The notes under the pieces were generated by a model. The model made no database searches. It was not told where the DNA came from and saw only the letters and a program-made list of their open reading frames with translations. The translations under genes were made by a program, and so were the position numbers. Shown here in pieces: positions 39,041-51,738 of a DNA stretch of 64,000 bases (within the stretch, counting starts at the first letter, position 1; each line of letters begins with the position of its first letter). Location of the stretch: contig JARFYF010000002.1 of assembly GCA_030265395.1 (NCBI GenBank), positions 70,853,744 to 70,917,743 of the forward strand. Reading direction: 5' to 3'. This DNA comes from Rhina ancylostomus. Lineage: Eukaryota.

Positions 39041-39191
39041 TTCATTCTTTGAAAATGATGATGAGGATGATGTCCCAATTAAACGTTGTCCAAAATGCAA
39101 AGTCTACATTGAACGAGATGAAGGTTGTGCACAAATGATGTGTAAAAACTGCAAGCATGCCTTTTGCTGGTACTGCCTGGAATCCCTTGAC
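39041..39191 (+). CDS. RNF144A: RNF144A coding exon 5 ([50 protein letters not shown]; RING2 with the catalytic Cys in EGCAQM)
   Basis: Polypyrimidine tract plus tctag acceptor, donor GTAAGT at 39192. 151 nt. Shows the RBR RING2 motif. Confidence 0.97.
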
Positions 39192-39244
39192 GTAAGTGAA
39201 GAAATGATTGTTCCAATTATTGAATAAAGGTGGAAGTATGTGCT

Positions 39245-39387
39245 TATGCACATTGATATGTGCTGTATCATATTTGCACATGCCACATGGTAAAACAAGT
39301 TAAGAAACAATTTCATATGCACATTGATATGTGCTGTATCATATTTGCACATGCCACATGGTAAAACAAGTTAGGAAACAATTTCAT
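39245..39387. repeat. 71-bp tandem duplication with 1 mismatch
   Basis: The unit tatgcacattgatatgtgctg...gtta[a/g]gaaacaatttca starts at 39245 and again at 39316. Confidence 0.95.
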
Positions 39388-39409
39388 TTGCATTTCACAT
39401 AATTGACAG

Positions 39410-39890
39410 AGGAACAGAGCAAATAGGTTATTTGGCTCCTTGTGCCTTCTCCACCATCCAAGAAGATTGTGGCTGATTTTATTTTTACTTCAGTGCCACT
39501 TTCTTACGTAAACCTGGATCCCCTGATTCCCTTAATACCCAATAATCTACCAGTCTCTTTCTTGAATATGTTTCGTAACTGAGTCTCCATTGCCCTCCTG
39601 GGTAGAGTATCTCTAAAACTCTTCACACCTCTGCCCTGAATGGTGACTCCTTCATTTTGAAACTCCGATTCCTTGTTCTGGATGTCCCATCTAAGGGAAA
39701 TATCATTCCTGGATCTGTTTTGTCAAGCTCACTAAGAATCATATATGTTTCAATGGGATCATATCTCATTCTTCCAAACTCGAGAGAAAAGAGCCAGTCT
39801 ACTTAACCTCTCCTCAAATGACAAACTCCCCAGACTAGACTATATCTGGTGAACCTTCTCTGTGTTCTCTCAATAACAAGCATAACCTTC
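39410..39890 (-). mobile_element. CR1 3' fragment
   Basis: Contains ggaacagagcaaataggttatttggctcc and atctggtgaaccttctctgtg, an antisense CR1 end. Confidence 0.7.
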
Positions 39891-40399
39891 AGTAACTTTA
39901 AAGTGCAGTAATAACAGGGTAGATAGTTGAAATTGGTAAAGCTCTCATAACAGTTTAGTTAATCAACAAGCAGTAATATGCATTTATATAGCACCACATG
40001 GTTCATCACCTTAGATTAATAAAAAAGGTCTCAAGCCCAAAGAGGTATTCGGAAGAGTAATCAAAATCTTGTTTATAGAGGGTACTTTTATAGGGGAGAG
40101 ATAAGTAGTCTCAGCTCAGCAATCCCATAATCAATGGATCAAATGAAAGTTCTGAAGCCCTGGCAGTCACTGACATGAATGGTGGTGGACAATTAAATGG
40201 CTAACAAGAAGAAAAAGGTTCAAGAACATCTCCATCCACAGTGAGCAGAGCGCCCAGGGTGTGCTAAATGCAAGGCTGAAGTGTTTCCAGCTATCTTTGA
40301 TCCACCACTTGGTCCCTACAATTGCACAAGTCAAGCAATCTGATTCATGCAAAGTATGCCAAGAAATGGCTGAAAGTACAGGATATGGAAAAAATTGAT

Positions 40400-40555
40400 A
40401 CATTGGTTTATTATTGTCACATGTACCAAGGTACAGTGAAAAACTGTTTTGCATGCCATCCATATGGATCATTTCATCACATCAGTACATTGAGGTAGTA
40501 CAAGGGAAAAACGATAACAGAATGCAGAATATAGTGTTACAGTTAAAGAGGAAGC
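40400..40555 (-). mobile_element. Rex1/Babar 3' tail
   Basis: attggtttattattgtcacatgtaccaaggtacagtgaaaaac is the reverse complement of the tails at 430-487 and 48260-48310. Confidence 0.8.
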
Positions 40556-40837
40556 ANNNNNNNNNNNNNNNNNNNNNNNNNNNNNNNNNNNNNNNNNNNN
40601 NNNNNNNNNNNNNNNNNNNNNNNNNNNNNNNNNNNNNNNNNNNNNNNNNNNNNNNNNNNNNNNNNNNNNNNNNNNNNNNNNNNNNNNNNNNNNNNNNNNN
40701 NNNNNNNNNNNNNNGCCCAATGGGAGGGAGGAGAAGAGAGAATGTCCAAGCCATTAGTACTGTTAGGGTTTGTACAGACGAGTAAAATTAAAGTTAGTGA
40801 GAATCGATGGGAAGGCTCTACTCGCGCTGGGTTTTGC

Positions 40838-41610
40838 AGAGTCACAGAGTTGTACAGCACAGAAATAGGCCCTTCAGCTCACAATGTCCTTGCCGACCTC
40901 TTTGCCCATCTACACTAATTCCATTTGCTCGCATAAGGTCTATGCCTTGCCTATTTAAGTGCATGTCTCAATGTTGCTTAAATGCAGTAATTGTATCTGA
41001 TTCCACCGCCTCCTCTGGTAGTGAGTTCCAGATATCAACTACTCTATGTGCATTAAAAAAACTTTCCCCACAAATCCACTTTAAAACTTCTTCCTGTCCT
41101 GCGTCCTCTGATTCTGACTGCCTGGCCTACCTGTGCATCCTATATACCTCTATAGGATCAGCCGTTGGCCTCCTTTGGACCAGGGAAAACAAGCCTGGCC
41201 TATCCAATCTCTCTCCATAACTAAGGTCCTCTGATCCAGGCAACATCCTGGTGAATCTTCTCTGCACTCTCCAGCATAATCTCAGCTCCAGAACTGCACA
41301 CAATACTCCGTGTGGTTTTCGCAGTGTTTCATAAAGTTACAACATGACATCCCAACTCTTGTATTCCGTGCCCTGACCTATGAAGGGAAGCATGCCATAT
41401 ACCTTTCACCATCAACCTGCGATGCCACTTTCAGTGAACTATGGGCTTGAATCCCAAGGTCGCTCTGCTCGTGAACATTACATAGTGCACTACCATTTAC
41501 TGTGTATGTCCTACCCCTATTTGACAGGCCAGAATGCATCACCTCATACTTACTGTAGCCTTGGGTAATCTTCCTCACTATCCACAACGCCACCAACTTT
41601 CACGTCATCT
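40838..41610 (-). mobile_element. CR1-clade LINE 3' fragment
   Basis: Contains ccaggcaacatcctggtgaatcttctctgcactct. The minus translation has YTVNGSALCNVHEQSDLGIQAHSSLKVASQVD. Confidence 0.85.
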
Positions 41611-41810
41611 AGGTGCTCCAATTTCCTTCCACATCCCAAAGGCACGCTGATAAGGTTAAATGGCTTCTGTAAATTGGCTACTGTATGTTAAAGGGAAATG
41701 CTCAGTTATGAAAAAGATCAAAGAGGAATTGATGAACGTGCATGAGAGACAATAAATTGCAGGGCTGTAAGGGAATAAGAAGGGGAATGGGACCAATAGG
41801 ATTGCATTGT
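41611..41810 (+). mobile_element. 5'-truncated V-SINE fragment
   Basis: V-core ggtgctccaatttccttccacatcccaaag..aggttaaatggcttctgtaaattg. Confidence 0.6.
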
Positions 41811-43717
41811 TAACTTATTTTGCCACATCTTCCATAATCCATTGAAAATTGGTTCCCAATTAAAAGTATTCTGAATGGTTGTATTCACAACCTCCAGTTT
41901 GAATTTGTGTGTGATGTAACCATGTTCAATTTTTTTTAAGAAAAAACAAAATATGGCNNNNNNNNNNNNNNNNNNNNNNNNNNNNNNNNNNNNNNNNNNN
42001 NNNNNNNNNNNNNNNNNNNNNNNNNNNNNNNNNNNNNNNNNNNNNNNNNNNNNNNNNCAATTTTTTTTAAGAAAAAACAAAATATGGCCACAGGGTTGGC
42101 TAGCAGTACACAACATGCCCAAGCTTTTAGTTTTAACTCATTGTCTAGACTGCACAGCATCTCTTCATTAAAGTTAACAGCACCGGCATTAAACCTTGGT
42201 GCATCTGTGCTGTGAGTTTCACATAAAATCATAAAGAATAGCAGCAGGTGTTGGCATCCTGACCTCAAGCTTGTTCACCACACACTGAGATCATGGCTGA
42301 CCTGTGCCTCAAGTTCACTTTGACATCATGTCCGCACACCCTTTTCAAAATTTTATTGATCTTAACCTTGGATGTACTCAACACTTTGTAATTATATATG
42401 TAGGTGTGTGTCACAAAATGTTGCCAAATTATTTGACAGTTCCCAAGGAAAAGGCAACACACTGACTATTAGCTGTGAAGGTAAAAAAAAACAAACGTTG
42501 CATTAAAGATGCTTTGGGTAAAAATTCTCCACTGTTGTACACACCAGTAACATTGAACTCCACTTCTGAAATTTGGTTCTATTGGGTGGAACCAGAATTC
42601 ACAAGTGCCGATCATAAGAATAATTTTAGCAGATAATAGATTTAGAGCTCACAATAGAAGAGATGTTTCTAAAAGTATTTTTATGTTCAGTATTTCCCTT
42701 TGGTTCCTTGTGAAGTAAAATATCTGAAAATCTGAACATTTGCAAACAGAATTACAATCCATGCATAAATACCTGATTTTGCATGGATGCAAAGTAAATT
42801 GGTAATATAATGTGCATCAAAGATCCCTGTAGAGTACAAATATATTGGACACAGTTCAAAGTTCACTGCAGCATGTTGGGATTTGAACCGTACTCTTGGT
42901 GATACTGATTACATCTGCATCATTGTTTGTTGAAAGGTTTAAACTAGGATTTTATTGGCCAAGTGTATGTTTGCTTTACTGCTTATTCATTGATTGGAAG
43001 GACCCTAGCTGGGAGTTGCACAAATAGTTGCTATGTTGCATGCATACATTGGTTTTGTTCAGATGGGAAAAAGACTTGGGCATTGTGCATTTTAACTTGG
43101 GACTGAAAGCGTCTATGCTGCTATTTTAAATCTCCAGGCAGATTCTTTATAAATAGTTTGAGTTCTAGACAGCGAGGTCATTGTACAAAGAATCTTTTTA
43201 TAAAGCTTTTAATTGTGTCTATTGATGTTATCCACTGAAGAAAAGTAATAAATTCACACCCAGCTTGCAGATGTCAATAGTGGTATCATTAGGACAGTGT
43301 AATAAGGACATTTTTGTAATTTATGGAATGTATTTCTTATGACGATAACACTTCAAGTGTTAATTCTGAAACATGTTCTGTCCAGAATGTTTGATGAAAG
43401 GTCACCAATCTGAAACATTAATTACAGGGGATATACAGCACATAAACATTTGTCCCTGCAAGCACTTGCTGGTGATTATGCTGCTCATGAATTTCCTCCC
43501 ATCTTTTCTAAACCTATCAGATAACTCTGCTTCTCACTCCACAGATGCTGCCTGACCTGCTCAGTATTTCCAGCATTTTCTGTTTTTTATTTCTTGTCAT
43601 TGGGAAATATGCCAAATCTTGCAGCTGTGCTGTCTGGTCACTGTACGGTTCTTTGCCTTTCTTTGCCACCACCTACGGTTGAAATAAAGTAGTGATCTTT
43701 GTTACTCAGCTATGATA

Positions 43718-44062
43718 AATATGAACATTGAATTTTCCATTTTCAGGTAATCCACTCCCCCTGCATTCCTTTCTCACTNNNNNNNNNNNNNNNNNNNNNN
43801 NNNNNNNNNNNNNNNNNNNNNNNNNNNNNNNNNNNNNNNNNNNNNNNNNNNNNNNNNNNNNNNNNNNNNNNNNNNNNNNNNNNNNNNNNNNNNNNNNNNN
43901 NNNNNNNNTGGGCTTCTGCTCCCTTGGCTTACCCTTCCTCTCCCTTCCCCCACCCGGCTCCATCTGCCCATCATCCCTCCCATATCTGGTTCCACCTATC
44001 ACTTACCAACCTCCATCTCACCCTCGATCTCACCTCTTTATACTGGCTACCTACCCTCTAAT
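43718..44062 (+). mobile_element. Penelope-like 3' fragment (left arm of a long inverted repeat)
   Basis: Begins atgaacattgaattttcc (MNIEFS, the end of the PLE ORF). Near-identical to the reverse complement of 45030-45366. Confidence 0.8.
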
Positions 44063-44989
44063 TACCCGACAGATACTTGAATGAGCAAGGCAGAGAGGGA
44101 TATGGAATTAATGCAGGCAAGTGGGATTAGTATAGATCGGAATGATGGTCGGCAGAGATGCGGTGGGCCAAAGGCCCTGTTTCCATGCTGTACAATTCTA
44201 TCTAAGACTATTGCAGTTTTAGTATTGTGTTTGTTTATTTTCTGTGGAAAATCATTTCAGAAAATTGTAACTTTCATTTCAATTGTAATTAGCATAGCAC
44301 AATGGAGCTCACAGAAAACCAGTCACATTTGATTTTAGATTAATGTCCCTGGCATTAACATCTTTTTCACTGTTTACTTAAGTATGGCCTTTGTGTTAAC
44401 TGATTGTTGTTGATCTCATCAGAAATAATTTGAATTGAATTGCTAATCTCAGCCGTGTAACAAGAGAGAACNNNGTAGGTTAATTTGGGGTTTAAAATGG
44501 GCGGCGTGGACTCATTGGGCTGGAAGGGCCTGTTACCACGCTGTAAGTAAAATTTAAAAAAAAATTTTAAATTAGAAATTATACTGGTTATTTTACAATT
44601 CAAGTTTCCATTAAAATTCATTTGCATAATCATAAATGTAAAACTTTTGGTGATCCAGCGCATTAGGCCAAACACAGTGGAATGTATATTTTTCTTCTCC
44701 GTTAAGAAATATTCCTTGATGCATTTAGTAGTGGTAACCTATTGAAATTTTACAAATGCACTTGAAACTGAGTTTATCAACAAAAGTCATTCAATTCCTC
44801 CACCAGTGAGTAACAGGATTTAAACCTGCAAAAATGAGTATTTTAAACAAAACTGAACTAATTAATGTATTTGTTAGTGAACATTAGTCTGCTTTTAGGT
44901 CAACTCTTTAGATATGAAAATACAGTCAATAAGTGTCAACTACTGGCTGAGCACCCAGGGCAAGTACAATTTAAAGAGATTTCCTGAAG

Positions 44990-45366
44990 GAGTACAATGT
45001 TTTGGAACAAGATCCTGTATCAAGACTGAAATTGTAGAGGGGAGGTAGCCAGTATAAAGAGGTGAGATCGAGGGTGAGATGGAGGTTGGTAGGTGATAGG
45101 TGGAGCCAAATACGGGAGGGATGATGGGTAGATGGAACGGGGTGGGGGAAGGGAGAGGAAGGGTAAGCCAAGGGAGCAGAAACCCAGGTGATAGGCATGT
45201 GGGTGATGGGCAGGTGGGGAAGGATAATGAGTCTTGGTAACATGGGGGGTGGGAGGTGATGGAAAAGGTGAGCAAATGGGGAGAGATCCTGAGTGGATTG
45301 GTGGGAGTGAGAAAGGAATGCAGGGGGAGTGGATTACCCGAAACTGGAAAATTCAATGTTCATATT
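44990..45366 (-). mobile_element. Penelope-like 3' fragment (right arm of the inverted repeat) with a degenerate hammerhead at 44993-45030
   Basis: Reverse complement of the 43718-44062 copy, starting at the same point. Confidence 0.8.
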
Positions 45367-45491
45367 AGTACTATAATTCCAAGCAAGCTCANNNNNNNNN
45401 NNNNNNNNNNNNNNNNNNNNNNNNNNNNNNNNNNNNNNNNNNNNNNNNNNNNNNNNNNNNNNNNNNNNNNNNNNNNNNNNNNNNNNNNNNN

Positions 45492-46890
45492 CAATCAGTC
45501 ATGTAAACCTTCACTGTACTCTCTCCAGGGCACAGACATCCTTCCTCAGATAAGGAGACCTAAAATGCATGTAAAATTCCAGCTGGAATCTCATCATGGC
45601 CTCTAGACTTACAGCAGGATATCCTTGCTCCTGTATTCAAGTCATCTAGCCATGAAGGACAACAGACCATTCTCTTTTTATAGAACAAGAAGTGAATAAC
45701 CCCACATTTAGCCAAGTTAAACTGTATCTGCCATGCATTTGCCCGGTCACACAACTTGTCAAAATCACATTGGAGCTCTTTGCATTCACCTCACAGCTCA
45801 CTCTCTCCCCCACTTTTATGGTGTCTGCAAACTTGAAGACATTACATTTAATTCCCTTATTGATTTATATTGTGAGGAGCTGGGGGGGGCGTGGGTCCAA
45901 ACACTGAATCCAGACACACCACCAGTCACCGTCTGCTACCCAGAGAAAGACTGGTTAATGGCAACTCCTGTTTCCTGTCTGTTGACCAATTCTCAATCCA
46001 CATGAGTATATTACCCTCAATCCCATGTGGTTTAATTTTGTACACTAACTTCTTATGTAGGATCTTATCAAAAACCTTCTGAAAGTCCAAGTACACAAGT
46101 CCACTCGCTCTCCCTTATCTATTCAGGAGTTACATCCACAAAAATCTCCCATAGATTTGTTAAGCATGGCTTTTCCATGCTGACTTTGTCTAATCCTATT
46201 AAAGTTTTCCAAGTGTTCTGTCATTGCATCTTTTGATTCTAGAATTTTCCCCACATTAAGATTACTGGTCTGTATGTTCCCATTTTTTCCTTTCCTTTTT
46301 TTTAAATAGTGGGGTCACATTTGCCATGTAGAAACTCTTCCTCCAGTAGAAACTGCTTCAGTGAATTTTGGAGGAAGAGCCCAAATGCAACTATTATTTC
46401 CAGAGCCACTTCCTTTTGCACTCTGGTATGTAGATTCTCAGGCCCTGAGGACTTCGTCAGCCCTTAAACTCCACTCAGTTTCCTAGCACTAATACTGATT
46501 TCCTTCAATAGAGTCATAGAGCGCAGAAAGAGGCCATTCAGCCCACCATACTCATGCCACCTGTTGTACCGATCTACACTAATCCCATTTACCTACAATG
46601 GGTGGTGTACATAGAACGAGCTGCTGGACGAAGTGGTGGAGGCAGGTACGTTTAAAAGACATTTAGATAGGTATATGGATAGGAAAGGTTTAGATTGACA
46701 TGGGAAATAGGACAAGCTCAAGTTGACATCCTAGTTGGCATGGATGAGTTGGGCCAAAGGGGCCTGTTTCAGGGCTGCTATGATTCTGCAATAGGTCCAT
46801 AGCCTTCTTTGCCCTGGAGATTCAAGGGCTCATCTAGGTACCCCTTAAACACCATGAGAGTATCTGCCTCCACCACAGCTTGCTGCTGCT
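45492..46890 (-). mobile_element. Cluster of CR1 fragments (minus strand) with a nested plus-strand CR1 3' end at ~46600-46790
   Basis: The minus translation includes RANAWQIQFNLAKCGVIHF. The nested copy is flanked by ctacaatgggt / ctgcaataggt, a degenerate TSD. Confidence 0.75.
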
Positions 46891-46933
46891 GTGCTCCTGG
46901 AGAATCATGAGCTGCTCCTGGGATTTTCCCATG

Positions 46934-47075
46934 CAAGATGGTGCCGGCGCATGGCGACTCACTGCAAGCTGCTCTCTATGCTCTGTAATGAATTGACCTG
47001 TACGATCGGTATGCAAGACAAGTTTTTCCCTGTGCCTCAGTACAAATGACAGTAGTAAACCAATACCAATACCAA
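46934..47075 (+). mobile_element. Short Rex1/Babar-derived element (caagatggtgccgg head joined directly to the 3' tail)
   Basis: ~45-nt head, then tgtaatgaattgacctgtacgatcggtatgcaagacaag...(ccaata)n, matching the Rex tails at 400-487 and 48235-48310. Confidence 0.65.
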
Positions 47076-47494
47076 CCACAATCTGCACACAAATGGTATC
47101 CCGCTGAGTGATATTACTGTTCCTGAACAACTCCAGCCTGCTCCAGTGTGGCAAAGATCATTCCTCCGGTTGCATCATGGTGAGACTGCAAGGAAGCAGA
47201 AAGGTATTGAGTGGTCTCCATGCATACCCCCACCTTGAACAGACAGCACCGTGTAATGGCATTGTCGTTGAGCCCTTGCAAAGCAGTGAGCATCACTCCA
47301 GCATGAAGGTCATGGTCTCCTAGTCCTGAACAACAGAGGTGGACCCTTCCACACTGCTTGTCTTCTCCTGCATTGAGCCAGACAGACCTGACTGGGCCCC
47401 TAAGCAACTCGTGCTGCATCCGCATCAGGCATTCGTGGTCCTGACATGAGTCCTCAGGGGCAGTACACAAGCATGGAACCCCCATCCATGTGTT

Positions 47495-48312
47495 CACCTT
47501 AGTGTCATGGTGCCTTGTCACCAATCTTTCCCTCAATGTCAGCAAAACAAAAGAGCTGGTCATTGTCTACAGGAAGGGGGGTGGTGCGCATGCTCCCATT
47601 TACATCAACGGTGCTGAGGTCGAGAGTGTTGAGAGCTTTAAGTTCCTGGGAGTGAACATCACCAATAGCCTGTCCTGGTCCAACCATGATTATGGCCAAG
47701 AAAGCTCTCCAGTGCCTCTACTTCCTCAGGAGGCTGAAGAAATTTGGCATGTCCACTTTGACCCTCACCAATTTTTATCACTGCACCATAGAAACCATTC
47801 TATTCAGATGCATCACAGCTTGGTATCACAACTGCTCTGCCTGTGACCACAAGAAACTGCAGAGAGCCGTGGACACAGCTCACCACATCACAGAAACCAG
47901 CCTTCCCTCCATGGACTCTGTCTACACCTCGCTGCCTTGGTAAAGCAGCCAACACAATCAAAGACTCCACCCACCCCGGATATTCTCTCTTCTCCCCCTC
48001 CCATTGGGCAGAAGATACAAAAGCCTGACTGCGTGTACCGCCGGGCTCAAGGACAGCTTCTATCCTGCTGTTATAAGACTATTGAATGGTCCCCTGGTAC
48101 GATAAGATGGACTCTTGACCTCACGATCTACCTCATTGTTGCCTTGCACCTTATTGTCTACCTGCACTGCACTTTTTCTGTAACTGTAACACTTTATTCT
48201 GTATTGTTTTACCTTTTACTACCTCAATGTACTGTTGTAATGAATGATCTGTATGGACGGTATGCAAGACAAATTTTTCACTGTACTGGTATATGGGACA
48301 ATAATGAACCAA
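47495..48312 (+). mobile_element. 5'-truncated Rex1/Babar-type LINE (RT C-terminal part plus 3'UTR)
   Basis: Encodes LVSWCLVTNLSLNVSKTKELVI..VESFKFLGVNITNSLSWSNH..KKALQCLYFLRRLKKFGMS..LTNFYHCTIETIL, with frameshifts. Confidence 0.9.
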
Positions 48313-48835
48313 CTTACCATGGGCTGTAGGCTATCCAAGTGGAATATGAGGTGGTATTCATCTGGTTTGCATTTGGCCTCACTGTGGCAGTGGAGAAGGC
48401 CGAGGACAAACAAGTTGGTGTGGGAATGGGAAGGAGAGTTAAAATGACGTGTAACCAGAAGATCAAGATGACTGTTGCAGACAGAGCACAGGTGCTCTTC
48501 AAAATGGTTGACTGGTCTATACTTGGTCTTGCCAACATAGAAGAGGCCATATCGCGAGCTCTGAATGCAATAGTCCAGGTTGGAGGAGGTGCACGTGAAT
48601 CTCTACCTCACCTGGAAGGCCAGCTTTAGGTCCTTGCACGTCCTACGGTTGCAGGGGAAACTGCCAGGGGACAAGAAAGGGTGGGTGGGAAGAAATGAAC
48701 AGACCAGGGAGTCATGGAGGGATTGGTCCCTGTGGAAAGCAGAAAGATGGGTAAGAGAGGAAGATATGACTGCTGGGGTCCTGTTGGAGCTGACAGAAAT
48801 GGCAAAGGATGATATTCTGGATGTGGAGGCCAGTA
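48313..48835 (-). mobile_element. Penelope-like element, GIY-YIG endonuclease region (degraded)
   Basis: Minus translations AFHRDQSLHDSLV..PGSFPCNRRTCK..FQVR and VLGLLHCHSEAKCKPDEYHLIFHLDSLQP. Confidence 0.8.
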
Positions 48836-48849
48836 TTTTTTTGCATAAA

Positions 48850-49120
48850 AAAACATGATTGTAGTGACTCTGGGGATAACTCAATTGTGGTTAAAGGTCC
48901 TTGATAAAGCCAATATCCACAATTTTCAATATTACAAGTGGAGACCCTACCCTCTTGCTCGTACCCACATATATCTTCCAGCAAGGGGGTGGTGTCAGGA
49001 TTTGGAGCCATGTCTGGCATTTTCTCCTCCAAGCTTGGAGGAGCTTGGGGAAGTGTGGCTGCCGTGCAACCTTACTCTGTGACTCAATAAAATTAGTGAC
49101 CTTCAATGCAAACATCTTCA
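48850..49120 (-). mobile_element. Possible Gypsy RT fragment
   Basis: The minus translation TPLLEDI...RVSTCNIENCGYW....IELSPESLQSCFF resembles P.IED....FS.LDL..GYWQI.L.PES...TAF. Confidence 0.35.
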
Positions 49121-49639
49121 AGAACTGAGAGTGAGGCTTTCCTCATCTGTAGAGCTTAGATCTATGCGTGGCCTGCTACTTATTATGTTGTTGTGGATTT
49201 CTTACATTTATCATTTAACAGAGTGGGCTCTGTTGGACGATGTGTAACAGAATAGTCTTTTAACACTAGGTCCTTTCTGCAGTGCTGAACCAGCTGCCTT
49301 TATCTTACTGGCAGTCTATTGTTGGTTCTTGGGGATCCTTTCTTCTCTCCCTTGTCCCCAGTGTGCACTTGTCATGTTTTGCAAATCCTCAGAGGTGAGT
49401 GGGGGAAAAAATGAAACCAGTCAAAAACAGCTGGGGAGAAATAACAATGTCACAAGACTTGTCCTTGTAAATAAAAACAATCTGTTAATCATTTTAATTT
49501 GTTGGCAGAGATGAAACTCAAGTTTAAAATTAGAATGCATTTCAAAACTTATCTTGTACTGAAGATCCAGGAGAATGTTAACTGGATTTTGCTTTGAGTG
49601 AAATAATATAAAACTTCTGAATATGTTTTCTTTAAACAG

Positions 49640-49729
49640 GATGACTTCCTATTAATTCACTATGATAAAGGACCTTGCCGAAACAAACTTGGCCATACAC
49701 GTGCCTCTGTCATCTGGCACAGAACCCAG
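49640..49729 (+). CDS. RNF144A: RNF144A coding exon 6 ([30 protein letters not shown])
   Basis: Acceptor tttaaacag, donor CAG|GTGAGT at 49730. 90 nt. Confidence 0.97.
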
Positions 49730-51738
49730 GTGAGTGTGATAAATGCTTGCCACTTACAAAGTTATTTCAAAGATTTGATTTCGAAATGGAGACCACTTAT
49801 AGGGCAGTGATACTGATGAACTTCCTTTGCTTTAGCTGCCAGTGCAGTTCTCAGGAATCACTGGAATACACAAAAGGTAGCAAATTAATTACAAGTTACA
49901 CTGCTTTCCTTTCTCAATAAATCAGAATATGGGTAAAGTGGAGAAGAAAAGGTAAAATTTGATTGATATATTCATCACTGCCTTCCCCTCTCTGGGCGCA
50001 GCAATACAGTTCTCTCCCCTCCCCCCTTAAATGAATAGATGACCTCCCAGCTCGCCATAAGAAGAGTTGAACTGCCTTCTGGAATTTTGTATATTTGGTT
50101 CTATGACTTGGCATTTAGCGTCCCACTGTTTTACTTGCTCACTGGGTAGGTGGCTGGGATTGATGATGTTGGAATTTCTTAAGCAGCTTATCTGGCTGTT
50201 CCTTCAGCCTTGGANNNNNNNNNNAATGGTGGACCAAGTGCCCAGCAGCCGAGGGGTCAGTGTCTGCTAGATCGCATCCAAAGCTGGAGACTCGGTTGCA
50301 TGTAAAGTCTTGGTGATGTTGCTCTATTGTTGAAATGCATGAGGTGCTCTCCCTTGCCCTGGGGGTTTATATAATGTGAAGCCATCTGTATTGGCTTAGA
50401 AATAAAGTGGGTGAAACTCAAATGAGGAGCAGCCACACAACCCGAGCAAACCACTGGGCGACAGTGTTGGTGTGGTAAAGTCAGCCATCCATCTCAGCAG
50501 CACCTACTGGGAACAGCGACACAGAAATTAAATGATAAATCTTGGTCGCATTCAAGAGTGTGAAACGACTCAAAAGATGCATCTGGCACTCTTGCATTAA
50601 AACAACAGCAAAGATTCACCACTGCATCATATATACTTCCGATAATGTTCATAACTCAGAGATTTTGTCACTAATGGTGTCAGTGCAGAAAGCTGGACAC
50701 CTTCAGCCACTGGTATCCATGATGGATACCTTGCATCTCCTACAGTGGATGCATCACCAACTACAAGCTTGGTTGTCAAGCACTAGCTCGACCAGCAACT
50801 GAAATGGTCAGGTTTGAAGGGCTCCATTTCTTCCGACTGGTTGTCCAGGCAGATTCCTTAGCCAATCTGTTGTCCTGTGCACTAGCATCACCTAGCCAAT
50901 TTCAGGATGGCAAACGTGGTTGAGGTCACAGTAATCAAATACATTCAAGGTCGGGTCATGGTGTCCTGTGAGATGCAAGCAACTAAAGAAGAAGTGGAGG
51001 AATATATTCTAATGATGGGTCTTCGACCTGGAACTGTAATTCTGTTTCTCTCTCCTGACCTGCTGAGACTTCCCAACATTTTTTGCTTTTATTTCAGATT
51101 GCCAGCATCTGCAGTTTTTTTTAAGAATATATAATTTAAATCTAATACGGTATATTTGCATTCTGTACAAAACGTATTTTTCTGCTGAAATATATCACTT
51201 TGATAAAATTGGTAGTAATTCTAGCCAGTTTTAACTGTGCAAGGAATGTGTTTGACAGCCCAACATCCTGTTTACTGGTGCAGTTTCAAGAGGGTATGGG
51301 CTTGACATCCCTTTGTTCCTGTGCTAAGATATCTGCTTAATTTAGAAATTAAACAAGTTGCTACAAAATTGAGTTAAATTAAAAAAAGGTCAGTTGTGAC
51401 TGCTAAATGCAAAGCTCTGTGGGTGTGAAGATTGCCAGGTTTATAAGGTGAAAATTTCCATTGATCAGTAGTTACAGCACTTTGTAAACAACACATCTGT
51501 TCCTTATTTCTCTGCCTATTATGTCTGTCTGCTGCATATGATTATTAGATTCTGTCTGTGTTCCTTTTTGTCATTGTTACTCTTAATACAATAGGGTTAC
51601 AAAAGGACAATAAAGAAATCTTTGGTCCATTTACATGAGCAATTGACTCATATTTAATATTGTTGGATGAGAGCTTAGACTTCTTTGTTATTGCATAGTA
51701 GTATAGTGATCACATTTTATCTTCTTTCTCTCTTTTAG

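Noticed and set aside
41927-42088. Identical ~31-bp direct repeat on both sides of a 100-N gap
   Set aside because: This is typical of an unmerged contig overlap, not a TSD or biological repeat.
47100-47490. Minus-strand 149-aa ORF with faint resemblance to an RTE endonuclease
   Set aside because: The motifs are too degenerate to call without an HMM search, and the start of the ORF is antisense Rex sequence.
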